Source of the DNA: a virus
DNA length: 64,000 nt
IMG/VR virus record: IMGVR_UViG_3300045918_000146
Coordinates: 15,030-79,029 of that record
Direction: 5' to 3' (one strand)
Numbering within the stretch: the stretch's first letter is position 1; each line of letters starts with the position of its first letter. Below the pieces are notes generated by a model. It did no database searches and had not been told where the DNA came from. It saw only the letters and a list, made by a program, of their open reading frames with translations. Shown piece by piece: positions 9,916-20,096 of this stretch. The translations under genes were made by a program, and so were the position numbers.

Positions 9916-12900
9916 TACAAATATGAGGAAAATACTTGAGACTATCGACAAGTTTTCTGCTAAGCCAGCTATTAATGAGAATAAAACGCCTAGCACTAAA
10001 CAACTAACTTCTAGGGTTAGTAGGATTAACGAATCCACATCACCACAACTTATAGCAAAATATACAAAAGACGAAGATATATATTATCTATGGAGAACAG
10101 GAGAATACACTTACCAACTGGATACTAAAGACTTTAAGAAAATAGCTAAATGGACAGAAAAAGATTTAGAGGATGTGAAAGCAGAGATCAATTCAAAAGG
10201 GTATAATGAGGATGAGCTCAGCGAAAACGCAGATAATAAGTTTGTTGGGACAGTATACCATTTAGACGAGGAAGATAAATCTAACGGCCATATGGAAGAC
10301 TGCGACTGCGATGAATGTGTACGTAGATACGGATTTAATAGTGAAATAAAAGAAGATCAGACTGATAATATTTTAGAACCGTTATCAAAAGCTATCTACA
10401 TATTAGGTAATAGTAATGCATATTCAAAACAAGCAAAAGATATATTTAGCTTAATTCATCATATGTTAAGAACACGTTTAATGAAGAACGATATGGAAGG
10501 CTTTACACAGGCGTATAATGATTTACAAGGACGGTACCCAGATGAATTTGATGAATTTATAGATACAGCATTTGAAAATGCTGGGCTAACACATCATGCC
10601 ACAATAGAGGATTTTATAGCACTTATGTCTGAAAATAACGGAATAAGTAGTTCTGGAGACGTTAGTATCGAAGAATCTATCGACGATATAAAAGAATCGT
10701 TAGTAGCTGCATTTGAAGATTATGTAAGCAATGAAAAGTACGACTATCAAAAACTGTACCCAAAGAAAGTTACTAAACCGACAACCGATAAGAAAAAACC
10801 TAAAATAGAAAAAGCAGTTGATCCTAAATTAATTCAAGATAACTTAACTGAAAGTAGGTCAGAATTACTAGCTAACTCAATTATTGACCATATTATGGTT
10901 GATCATCCAGATCTTATTTCGTATTACGGCAAAAAATATGTAGATGCAGCTATTAAGCGTATAGCAGATACTTACGCAAACGCATCAAACCAAATATCTA
11001 AAGATATTAATAGTTTAGTAGATCAAGTAAAACATGAACTACAATGTAATATGAAACAAATAGACGAAACGGGTGCATTAACAACACTAACACCGTCAGG
11101 GGAGCGTCCTTGGAAACCATCTTTTGACGTACCTAAAAAGAAAAATCCTGCTATAGGATCTCTTGCGTTTGAAAAATTATCCAAATATGAGCAAGATAAG
11201 TTACGTAAGATAAGTGATGCTCGTGCCGAAAAACGTTATAAAATAAAAGAAGGTGCTGGCGCAAGTACAGAAGCTGTAGCGAATGCTATAGCAGCACGTT
11301 TAGATAGTAGACATCCTGAAATATTCACACGATACGGAGTAGAATATGTTTATACTGCAATTGAAGAAGTAGCATCTTTTCATGCAGGAACAGAAGAATT
11401 AGGTACTAGTGATATTAGCATTATGGTCCGCGAAGTTATTAAAGAGTTAGAGAGTAAGACAGACGCATTAGACGAATCTATTAAGGAATATACTGTATAT
11501 TGTTCGCAGTGCGGTGGGGAATTTAAAAATAATGTACCAACAGGTTTCAGTCACTGTAGAGATCATGCTGGTCAACAAAACTTAGATGGGGGTGTCTATA
11601 AAGGCGACATGGATTTAGATGAGATGTCAATCAATAGAACAAAAAAGCCATCAGAGAATCGCGATCTGTGGGACAAAATAAATCGTAAGGGCGTGGTACC
11701 AAGCATTGATCGTGTCCGCTATACTGATCTATCTCATGAAGGATTAGAAGGTCCGTTCCGCGCAAAGAATGGCCAAGTATTATATTACGATCCAAAAGAA
11801 GGTAAGTATTACGATCGAGATAAAGATATGTATGTTGATCACGGATTAGACGAATCAACAAATAAAAAACCTAAATCAGACATATTTAATTTACCCATTG
11901 CATATACAGAAGATAAAGTTACAGGCGTAAAGCAAACAGATACACCATTTTTCGTTTATCAAAATCGCAAAGTTGGTTTATCTGGAAGATCAACTAAATC
12001 ATTAAAAGAAGCAAAAGAATTTATACAGAATCAAACTACTCCAACTAAACATGCAGCAATACAACGACCAAATAAGCGTTTTGCAACACGAGACATAGTT
12101 GATTCGCGAGAGTTCATTGAATATGTCACCGAATTTCGTAGAAAATTAGGAAACAGTGTTTCTAATAGATATGAATCCACTGACGTTAAAAAAATATGTT
12201 CAAGTATATTTGCTAGGGCAGAACTAAGAGAATCGGCAAATCTAACTACTGCAAGGAAACAATTTATTGACAAATTTACGAGTCGTGATCAATTTGACCA
12301 AATGAATATTGCAAAAGGAAAAATGGCTTCTGTTATCGAAACTATGGTTGTTGGCAATTATATAGAATTATGGGGGTTTGTAAAGCCCAAAAAGATAACT
12401 CAAATTGAATATAAAGATAATGGCGAAATTGAATTTATTATATTTAACAATGATACATCGACTAGATATCCTAGGATTGATGCTGCATCTTACCAAGGAG
12501 AATCGATTGATCATAGTATTTTTCTTAAGGATCAACCTTCTGCAGAGCAAACTATTGTTATGCTCATGCTGGCAATACCGCACGGATTTAAACCAAAATA
12601 TAACATTACCGATTACGCTGATCCAACCGATTATTCTAAAGATAATTCTAAAAAGTTAATTCCATCAAAAATCAATGAAACAAAAAGTTTATCCAAAAAA
12701 GTAAAAATCGTTTCTGGCCAATATTCCGGGCAAACTGGTTGGATAAGAGAAATCAAACACGGCGCCTTTAAAGGCGCACCAAAGAGATATTATGTCGACT
12801 TGGATAACGGAGATCAAGCAAATAACTTGTTAGGAACAGCTCTACGTCTAATTAAAGAGCCTAGCAATGAACCTATTGTCAACGAAGAATCAATTGCTGA

Positions 12901-13600
12901 CGAGTTGTACCGTTTGAAAAGACAATTAAATTCTGCATACGATAAAGCAGTAAGAAGTAAGTTTGAGAACGATGTAGAAAATGAACAAGTTCGTATATTA
13001 AGAAGAAAAATTCAAGAGTTAAAAGGTGATATAGAACTTCGTGCTCGTGACCAAATGCAAGAGGGCGCACGTGATATTATCTCTCAAAAGTTAAAACAAA
13101 TTAATGACAGAAAGAAACCGTGGCCTACACGCCAGCATAGCTCGATGCAATCTGCACTTGATAAACTGGGCGAAAAACTTGCCGATATTAAGATCGACTT
13201 TAATATGGATGATAAAAAGCCAGTTGAAGAAGATGCTCCTATTGATCAGCAAGTTGCACCATTAGTAACTACAGGAGCACCTACGCAAACAACTGCCACT
13301 AAGCCTACAGGAACTATACCGCCAGGGTCTCCGGCTACTACGCAAACCCAACAAAGTAACACGTCTACTCAACCACCGGCAGCAGGATCTACAACACCTA
13401 ACCCAGCAACCAATGCTAGTACTACACCTACAAATGCTCCTGCAGGAACAACGCAAGCTCCTGCATTAACGCCAGGGCAATCTCTAGTAGCAGGATTACA
13501 AAAAGTAGCAAGCACTTATACTGGTGCTGACTCTAGTGCTCTTAAATCAGGCATAAATACGTTAGCAAATCAAGTAAAACTACCGCCAGGAATAAAATGA
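9905..13600 (+). CDS. Large mosaic protein, putative polyprotein (duplicated helical module, Zn-binding and KOW-like modules, T/P/A-rich tail)
   Basis: Two HP[DE]-x4-YG repeats, YCSQCG..HCRDH, KKVKIVSGQYSGQTG, many [ILVM]xE sites. Confidence 0.6.
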   Translation: MTNNTNMRKILETIDKFSAKPAINENKTPSTKQLTSRVSRINESTSPQLIAKYTKDEDIYYLWRTGEYTYQLDTKDFKKIAKWTEKDLEDVKAEINSKGYNEDELSENADNKFVGTVYHLDEEDKSNGHMEDCDCDECVRRYGFNSEIKEDQTDNILEPLSKAIYILGNSNAYSKQAKDIFSLIHHMLRTRLMKNDMEGFTQAYNDLQGRYPDEFDEFIDTAFENAGLTHHATIEDFIALMSENNGISSSGDVSIEESIDDIKESLVAAFEDYVSNEKYDYQKLYPKKVTKPTTDKKKPKIEKAVDPKLIQDNLTESRSELLANSIIDHIMVDHPDLISYYGKKYVDAAIKRIADTYANASNQISKDINSLVDQVKHELQCNMKQIDETGALTTLTPSGERPWKPSFDVPKKKNPAIGSLAFEKLSKYEQDKLRKISDARAEKRYKIKEGAGASTEAVANAIAARLDSRHPEIFTRYGVEYVYTAIEEVASFHAGTEELGTSDISIMVREVIKELESKTDALDESIKEYTVYCSQCGGEFKNNVPTGFSHCRDHAGQQNLDGGVYKGDMDLDEMSINRTKKPSENRDLWDKINRKGVVPSIDRVRYTDLSHEGLEGPFRAKNGQVLYYDPKEGKYYDRDKDMYVDHGLDESTNKKPKSDIFNLPIAYTEDKVTGVKQTDTPFFVYQNRKVGLSGRSTKSLKEAKEFIQNQTTPTKHAAIQRPNKRFATRDIVDSREFIEYVTEFRRKLGNSVSNRYESTDVKKICSSIFARAELRESANLTTARKQFIDKFTSRDQFDQMNIAKGKMASVIETMVVGNYIELWGFVKPKKITQIEYKDNGEIEFIIFNNDTSTRYPRIDAASYQGESIDHSIFLKDQPSAEQTIVMLMLAIPHGFKPKYNITDYADPTDYSKDNSKKLIPSKINETKSLSKKVKIVSGQYSGQTGWIREIKHGAFKGAPKRYYVDLDNGDQANNLLGTALRLIKEPSNEPIVNEESIADELYRLKRQLNSAYDKAVRSKFENDVENEQVRILRRKIQELKGDIELRARDQMQEGARDIISQKLKQINDRKKPWPTRQHSSMQSALDKLGEKLADIKIDFNMDDKKPVEEDAPIDQQVAPLVTTGAPTQTTATKPTGTIPPGSPATTQTQQSNTSTQPPAAGSTTPNPATNASTTPTNAPAGTTQAPALTPGQSLVAGLQKVASTYTGADSSALKSGINTLANQVKLPPGIK

Positions 13601-13634
13601 AAAAAATAATAAATACACAACAAGGAGTTAAATA

Positions 13635-14273
13635 ATGTTTCTTTTTGAACTGTTTGAGACACAAACTACTAAGAATAATTTTATAAATATTACGCCAAAT
13701 ACGTTGCGTACATATACTCCTCTAATTAATCAATATAAGAAAATGTACGATATTCAAGATGATATTGACTTTGCGTATGATGCAAGCTCTCACCAGTTAA
13801 AAGCCATCACAGACAAGGCAAATCCTTTTATATCAGATTTAAAAATTAGAACATCTCCTGAATATATGAATAGAAGTCGTCTATCCGAAGATGAACCTGT
13901 TGTTTCTTTAGATCCAGCAGTAGATACATTAGTTGATCAATGGATTGCCAAGTTATCTGCACAAACACCAACACCAACAGCTCGTTCAGTGTCTAGTACT
14001 ATAGCAAGTGTATTACATCTGAAAGCTAAAATCTCATATAATTCTGCATTAACTGTTGTTGTACAAAAACTAAGAGATTTAGGAACTGATATATTAGAGG
14101 ACGAATTAAACGAAACAATAGACTACCAAAAATCTTATAGGTCAGCAATAGCACGGGCGTCTGTTGCAAAGTCGGAAGCAGAAAAGATACATTGGCGCAA
14201 ATTAGCTGATAGTTATAAGATGATAGCAACTAAACAGCAACAAAGATTAAAAGAACATTACCTGGACCGTTAG
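13635..14273 (+). CDS. Hypothetical protein with capsid-targeting-like N-terminus
   Basis: MFLFELFE, AAGGAG RBS, upstream ATAAATA. Confidence 0.6.
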   Translation: MFLFELFETQTTKNNFINITPNTLRTYTPLINQYKKMYDIQDDIDFAYDASSHQLKAITDKANPFISDLKIRTSPEYMNRSRLSEDEPVVSLDPAVDTLVDQWIAKLSAQTPTPTARSVSSTIASVLHLKAKISYNSALTVVVQKLRDLGTDILEDELNETIDYQKSYRSAIARASVAKSEAEKIHWRKLADSYKMIATKQQQRLKEHYLDR

Positions 14274-14340
14274 GATACGGTGGTGTAGGCGGCTCCGGCC
14301 TTTGAAACACGATTCGCTACCGTAAATTTCAAAAACCGAG
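14262..14340 (+). ncRNA. Candidate structured RNA element
   Basis: G+C-richer intergenic segment with several alternative helices (see findings). Confidence 0.35.
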
Positions 14341-14358
14341 CAATAATAAGGAACCGTC

Positions 14359-14787
14359 GTGAATGACTATATAGCTCAAGGGAATAATTTGTACGTTAAA
14401 ATTAATTCGGACGGACATATAACGTTGAGTTATGACGGAATTAACTGGCCTACATATACTTGGCCTCAAAATGCACCTGCTCCATTTAAATCTCGAGATG
14501 CACACTGGCAATATTATGGAATCGCTTTTGCACAAGGACACTTTGTAGCGTTTGGCAATCACATCGTTATTACTAGCACTTGTTTACCAGGTAGCGAATG
14601 GTCATCTACACTAACTACTGGTGGAATATGGCAAACAGCCTCATTTAACGGTAGTAATTGGGTATTACAAGATAATGAAGGCAGGATTGCAACCTCGGCT
14701 GGTGCTTATCCTGCTAACTGGTCGATTACAGCAGCAACTATACCAATACAAGATCTATCCGAAACAGACCCATCGACTAATTTCTAA
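14359..14787 (+). CDS. Asp-box/BNR-like beta-repeat protein
   Basis: SYDGINW, GIAFAQGHFVAFG. Confidence 0.45.
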   Translation: MNDYIAQGNNLYVKINSDGHITLSYDGINWPTYTWPQNAPAPFKSRDAHWQYYGIAFAQGHFVAFGNHIVITSTCLPGSEWSSTLTTGGIWQTASFNGSNWVLQDNEGRIATSAGAYPANWSITAATIPIQDLSETDPSTNF

Positions 14788-15101
14788 ATACTTATTCTTG
14801 GATAAAACTGTAATACGTTGTTATCATCAACAATAATAAACTTATCTTGAATTTGTTCATTTAGATATTCAACTATGTCAGATGTTGCTTCAAACCATTC
14901 TCCATTCGACCGAACTTTCTTAAACCGTTTATGTAATTCCGATTCTAACTCAAAGCCGCCAGGAAAGTAACCAAGTAATATCAACTTCTTTGCATTACCA
15001 GTAGACAAATTACTTTTTCTTTTATTTGGTCGAACAGATACCCCTATCTTAATATATTGTCCGTCCGTCATTGCATAAACAAATGGTTTATTCATAATCA
15101 T
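14784..15101 (-). CDS. GIY-YIG-like (T5orf172/MUG113) domain protein
   Basis: VYAM..YIKIGVS..R, ESELHKRF, NGEWF. Confidence 0.75.
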   Translation of the reverse strand: MIMNKPFVYAMTDGQYIKIGVSVRPNKRKSNLSTGNAKKLILLGYFPGGFELESELHKRFKKVRSNGEWFEATSDIVEYLNEQIQDKFIIVDDNNVLQFYPRISI

Positions 15102-15139
15102 ATTTATGATGATTTTGATATAAAGAAAATAATTTAGTC

Positions 15140-15168
15140 TTGATCTAACAGACTAAGTAATATACAAT
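15140..15168 (+). promoter_or_regulatory. sigma70-type promoter for the DNA polymerase operon
   Basis: TTGATC-17 nt-TACAAT. Confidence 0.5.
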
Positions 15169-15192
15169 AATTACTTATTAGGAGAAAAATGT

Positions 15193-15453
15193 ATGTCCAA
15201 TAGAATGTTTTCGGCTGAACAACGTGCTAAATTAACTCAATTATTCAACGAAGGAATTGCCATATCACAGGAAATAGAGGATTTGTCCGGTGGGTTAAAT
15301 GATACGATTGCCGCTGTTGCAGAAGAAATGGAGTTAAAACCAGGCTTGCTTAAAAAGGCAATCAAAATTGCTCAAAAGAGCAAATGGACCGATACACAAT
15401 CAGCACATTCAGATCTTGAAGATATATTAACCTGTGTAAATAGAACACTTTGA
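15193..15453 (+). CDS. Small dsDNA-binding protein (T4 DsbA/GapR-like)
   Basis: 86-aa helical protein, EIEDL..GLNDTI..VAEEMELKPGLLKKAIK. Confidence 0.55.
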   Translation: MSNRMFSAEQRAKLTQLFNEGIAISQEIEDLSGGLNDTIAAVAEEMELKPGLLKKAIKIAQKSKWTDTQSAHSDLEDILTCVNRTL

Positions 15454-15761
15454 TAAAAATTAAAGATGTGCTGTCTAACATCTTTAATTGGATCAAGAAA
15501 GATTATTACTCATACCCGTTACGGTTCACGCTAGAATTAATAGCGTGGATTTTTGGGTTAAGTTGTAGTCTCACTGTAGCATTAACTATACCAACCTCGC
15601 CCTTTGTCATACTTTATCCTATATGGATAATAGTAGATGCCATTTTTTCTTGGTCTGCCTGGTCAAGAAAAAGTTTTGGTATAATGGTTAATTGTTTGGT
15701 ATTAGTATCTATTGACATTATAGGGTTGATTCGCGTAGTATATTTACATACAGTGTTTTAA
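15450..15761 (+). CDS. Membrane protein (about 3 TM helices)
   Basis: Three hydrophobic stretches. Confidence 0.65.
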   Translation: MIKIKDVLSNIFNWIKKDYYSYPLRFTLELIAWIFGLSCSLTVALTIPTSPFVILYPIWIIVDAIFSWSAWSRKSFGIMVNCLVLVSIDIIGLIRVVYLHTVF

Positions 15762-15819
15762 TAGTAATTCACTATTGATAAGAAAGGTTCCCCAGCCATA
15801 AGTGGGATAAGGAGAAGTT

Positions 15820-18570
15820 ATGAGTTATATAGATGCGTTTTTAGAAAAAGATAAAGATGTTATTCACATCGTTGAACGAGATAAAACAGGTAAAAGAATA
15901 TATAAAGATATATCGGCGCTGTATGAATTTTATTACGATGACCCAAAGGGAAAATATCAAACTATTTATAGAACATCAGTAAGCAAAATTACCACTAATA
16001 GTAATAAAGAATTTCGTAAAGAATTAAAGATGCAAGGAAATAAAAAAACATGGGAAGCAGACTGTAATCCTGTGTTTAAGTGTTTAGAAAAAAACTACTT
16101 GGGAGTAGAGTCTCCCAAGTTACATACGTGTTTTCTGGACATTGAAACAGACTGGAACTCTGGAGAAGATACCACGAATCCGATTGGTTATGCCCCAACG
16201 GATAATCCATACAACAAAATTACTGCAATTACCATTTACTTAGATTGGATGGATAAGCTAATTACGCTAGCATTACCTCCCAAATCATTAACCCGGGAAT
16301 CTGCTGCAGAAATAGCAGCTAAATTCGATGATACTTATTTATTCCAAAAAGAATCTGAGATGCTTGATACTTTCTTAACTCTTATTGAGGATGCAGATGT
16401 ATTAAGTGGCTGGAACTCTGGAGGTTACGATATACCATATATAGTAGGGCGTATCATACGTACCTTAGCTAAAAACGATTTACGAAGATTATGTTTATGG
16501 GATCAAATGCCCAGAGAACGGAAATTTGAGAAATATGGTGCAGAACAAATCACATATGACCTAATAGGCCGTGTGCATTTAGACTATATGGACCTTTATA
16601 GAAACTATACATATGAAGAACGTCATAGTTATTCACTAGATGCAATCGGAGAACACGAACTAGATGAACGTAAAGTATCTTATGAAGGATCATTAGATCA
16701 ACTATATAATCAAGATTTTTATAAATTTCTTGATTATAATAGACAAGATGTAGTGTTACTAGCAAAATTAGATAAGAAGTTAAAATTTTTAGATTTAACA
16801 AACGAAGTAGCACATAGTAACACCGTACTATTACCAACTACTATGGGTACTGTTGCGTTAGTAGATCAAGGTATTACCAACGAAGCACATCAACTAGGTT
16901 ATATTGTACCCAATAGACCACAACATAAATCTGTTACGACGTTTGATTCAGACGGTGAAGAAACAACTCAACAAGATCGTGCAGCCGGTGCGTATGTTGC
17001 ATACCCTAAAGTTGGTATGCATGAATATATAGGTGCTATAGACATTAATTCACTATATCCTTCTACTATACGTGCATTAAATATGTCACCTGAAACTATC
17101 GTAGGTCAATTAAGACCTATAATGACAGATCAATATATTGCCAATAAAGTAGATGCTGGTGCATCTTTTTCCGGAGCATGGGAAGGTTTATGGGGGTCGT
17201 TAGAATATACAGCAGTAATGGAAATGGACCGTAATACAGAGGTTACTATAGATTGGGATAATGGAGATAAACCGTCTGTTCATTCAGCTAAAGAGGTATG
17301 GAGCATCATCTTTGAGAGTGGTCAAAAATGGATGCTTAGTGCTAACGGTACTATTTTTAAATATAACTACGAAGGTATTTTACCGTATATGCTTGCTAAG
17401 TGGTATTCAGAAAGAAAAGAACTTCAAGCTAAGAAAAAAGCTGCCACCGAAAAAGAAGAAATATTATTTTGGGACAAAAAACAACACGTAAAAAAAATTC
17501 TATTAAATTCGGCATATGGAGCCGCGTTAAACGCACATTTTAGATACCACGATTTTAGAATTGGGCAAAGTACTACATTAACTGGGCGTATTATTACTAA
17601 ACACATGACGTCCTTTATTAATGAATGTTTAACTGGCGTCTATCAATATGACGGCAACGCCGTCATATATTCGGATACTGACAGTGCATATTTCTCAGTG
17701 TGGCCAATTATTAAAGATGATGTTAAAGCAGATAAAATGGAATGGAATAAAGATATATGTGTTCAACTGTACGATGGAATAGCTGAGCAAGTAAATGAAA
17801 GTTTTCCAGCTATAATGGAAAAACAATGTCATTGTCCAAAAGATCGCGGGTCATTGATTAAGGGTGGACGAGAACTTATTGCAACAAGTGGAATATATGT
17901 AACAAAAAAACGTTATGCTGTGTTAGTATACGATTTAGAAGGTACGCGATTAGATCAACTAGACGAGACAACAGCAAAGAAAAAAGGTATTCATTATGGC
18001 TTAGGAAAAGTAAAAGCTATGGGTCTCGATTTAAAGCGTAGTGATACTCCGAAGGTAGTACAGGAATTTTTAAGTCGCATCTTACTTGATACTCTATTAC
18101 ACAAACCGCGAGAGAAAGTAATAGAACATATTATTGAATTCAAATTATCATTTGCTAAACTCCCAGCGTGGGAAAAAGGTACGCCTAAACGTGTAAATAA
18201 CTTAACTAATTATATCGAAACAGAAGAGCGCGAAGGTAAGTCGGGTATGCCAGGGCATGTCAGGGCAGCATGGAACTGGAATAACTTAAGAAAAATGTAT
18301 AATGATAATTATTCTCTTAAGATAGTAGACGGAATGAAGATCATCGTATGTAAGTTGAAGAATAATCCACTAGGATATACAAGTGTTGCTTACCCAATTG
18401 ATGTCTTGCATATACCAGATTGGTTTAAAGACTTGCCATTTGATAATGCTTTAATGGAAGCAACTATTGTAGATAAAAAAGTGGAAAACTTATTAGGCGT
18501 ATTAAAGTGGGATTTGGCAAATTCAACACAAACGAATTCAACGTTTGATTCTTTATTTAGCTTTGTGTAA
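15820..18570 (+). CDS. Family B DNA polymerase (gp43-like)
   Basis: Exo motifs LDIET, GWNSGGYDIPY, YNRQD; pol motifs DINSLYPS, KILLNSAYG, YSDTDS, KKRY. Confidence 0.97.
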   Translation: MSYIDAFLEKDKDVIHIVERDKTGKRIYKDISALYEFYYDDPKGKYQTIYRTSVSKITTNSNKEFRKELKMQGNKKTWEADCNPVFKCLEKNYLGVESPKLHTCFLDIETDWNSGEDTTNPIGYAPTDNPYNKITAITIYLDWMDKLITLALPPKSLTRESAAEIAAKFDDTYLFQKESEMLDTFLTLIEDADVLSGWNSGGYDIPYIVGRIIRTLAKNDLRRLCLWDQMPRERKFEKYGAEQITYDLIGRVHLDYMDLYRNYTYEERHSYSLDAIGEHELDERKVSYEGSLDQLYNQDFYKFLDYNRQDVVLLAKLDKKLKFLDLTNEVAHSNTVLLPTTMGTVALVDQGITNEAHQLGYIVPNRPQHKSVTTFDSDGEETTQQDRAAGAYVAYPKVGMHEYIGAIDINSLYPSTIRALNMSPETIVGQLRPIMTDQYIANKVDAGASFSGAWEGLWGSLEYTAVMEMDRNTEVTIDWDNGDKPSVHSAKEVWSIIFESGQKWMLSANGTIFKYNYEGILPYMLAKWYSERKELQAKKKAATEKEEILFWDKKQHVKKILLNSAYGAALNAHFRYHDFRIGQSTTLTGRIITKHMTSFINECLTGVYQYDGNAVIYSDTDSAYFSVWPIIKDDVKADKMEWNKDICVQLYDGIAEQVNESFPAIMEKQCHCPKDRGSLIKGGRELIATSGIYVTKKRYAVLVYDLEGTRLDQLDETTAKKKGIHYGLGKVKAMGLDLKRSDTPKVVQEFLSRILLDTLLHKPREKVIEHIIEFKLSFAKLPAWEKGTPKRVNNLTNYIETEEREGKSGMPGHVRAAWNWNNLRKMYNDNYSLKIVDGMKIIVCKLKNNPLGYTSVAYPIDVLHIPDWFKDLPFDNALMEATIVDKKVENLLGVLKWDLANSTQTNSTFDSLFSFV

Positions 18571-18652
18571 AATATTTACCAAAAGTATTGCTTTTACGTA
18601 AGCAAGAAATGTATTATTAACAACATAACATAACATATTTAAGGAGAAGTTA

Positions 18653-19390
18653 ATGAGTATTAGAGATTACTTGCAGGATATAGTTCAACATACGTTTGTA
18701 TTAGGGAATATTGTATTAGTTAAAATAACAGGAGACGAGAATGAAACTGTCATTTCTGCTCTAGCAGACGATCGAAGCGTACTTGTATCTGCAACCACAA
18801 AGAAAGTTGTACCTGAGTTTATTGGGCAATTTGGTATGCCCAATCTCAATAAATTAAATGTTATATTAGGTATTCCGGAATATAAAGAAAATGCCAAAGT
18901 AACAGTAACAAGCCAAGAACGTAACGGAACATCTGTATTATCTGGGTTACATTTTGAGAATAAATCAGGCGACTTTAAGAACGATTATCGTTTTATGAGT
19001 GCGGAATTGGTTAATGAACAACTTAAAACAGTTAAGTTTAAAGGAGTTAAATGGGACGTTGAGTTTGCACCAGCAGTACAAAATATTAATAGACTAAAGT
19101 TCATGTCTTCAGCTAATAGCGAAGAAACTACGTTTATTGCTAAAACAGAGAAAGATCAACTAAAGTTTTACTTTGGTGATCATAGTTCTCATGCTGGCAA
19201 TTTTGTATTTGCAGACGCTGTTTCGGGAGCTGTATCTAAAGGATATCATTGGCCAGTAGCTGTTATACAAAGTATTCTTAACCTCCCTGGAGATAAAGTA
19301 TATCGTATTAGTGACGAAGGTGCAACACAAATAACTGTTGATAGTGGGTTAGTAGATTATTGTTTCACATTACCTGCAATGCAAAAGTAA
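18653..19390 (+). CDS. DNA polymerase sliding clamp (gp45-like)
   Basis: 245 aa, clamp-like alpha/beta pattern, directly after the polymerase. Confidence 0.65.
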   Translation: MSIRDYLQDIVQHTFVLGNIVLVKITGDENETVISALADDRSVLVSATTKKVVPEFIGQFGMPNLNKLNVILGIPEYKENAKVTVTSQERNGTSVLSGLHFENKSGDFKNDYRFMSAELVNEQLKTVKFKGVKWDVEFAPAVQNINRLKFMSSANSEETTFIAKTEKDQLKFYFGDHSSHAGNFVFADAVSGAVSKGYHWPVAVIQSILNLPGDKVYRISDEGATQITVDSGLVDYCFTLPAMQK

Positions 19391-19819
19391 ATCATGATCC
19401 ATATTAAACAATGGGGTAAAGAGTTTGTGCATAACTGTGTATGTCACCCGTTACTACCGTTCCTGCCAAGAAAGTTTGCTTATGAATGGCATGACAGGAA
19501 TGGTAAATGGGCCTTTAATATAAAGGAATAATAAATGAGTAATTTAGATTTGCTTAACCCAATAACCGACTATAACTTCATAGAAAAGAAAAAGACTTAT
19601 ATGATAAGTGGGATATATTTCAAATTATGATAACAGAGTATATTGCTGACAAAAGTTATTGTCAAACGATTATGCTTTGATCGGTGAGATTTATGCTGCA
19701 ATATCGGACTATGTCTTACAAACCCAAGATACTGAAAATATCAAAACTGGTTAGAAGAGCATAGGATACGTATTATGGACGCACATGAATAAGTTACAAA
19801 ACAATAAAGGTAAAGTAAT

Positions 19820-20095
19820 ATGCCAAGTATTTCTACATACGTAGATGTTGAGTTTGAATTACATAATATTGACGTAGATGATTTAATTGATGAGCTTGAA
19901 TCACGTGGGTTTACTGTGATGGATAAAGATGACAAATTAAAACAAAATGTAATTCCTCTTTTTTATGATAAAACCGGTAAACCAATGGGCGACTTACTTG
20001 AGTTATTGTATTATGCTTACACCACCAAAAAACACGACGTAACAGACGAGCTATTAAAACAACTATTTTACGAAACACTAGGACGTATAGCTTAA
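19820..20095 (+). CDS. Hypothetical protein
   Basis: ORF track; DDLIDELESRG. Confidence 0.6.
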   Translation: MPSISTYVDVEFELHNIDVDDLIDELESRGFTVMDKDDKLKQNVIPLFYDKTGKPMGDLLELLYYAYTTKKHDVTDELLKQLFYETLGRIA

Positions 20096-20096
20096 T

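Noticed and set aside
13262-13480. DNA-level repeat or ncRNA in the C-rich stretch
   Set aside because: Explained by the Thr/Pro/Ala/Gln-rich low-complexity tail of ORF 9905.
15820-18570. Intein or intron in the DNA polymerase
   Set aside because: Continuous 916-aa ORF with all motifs in order and no intein-like terminal motifs noticed.
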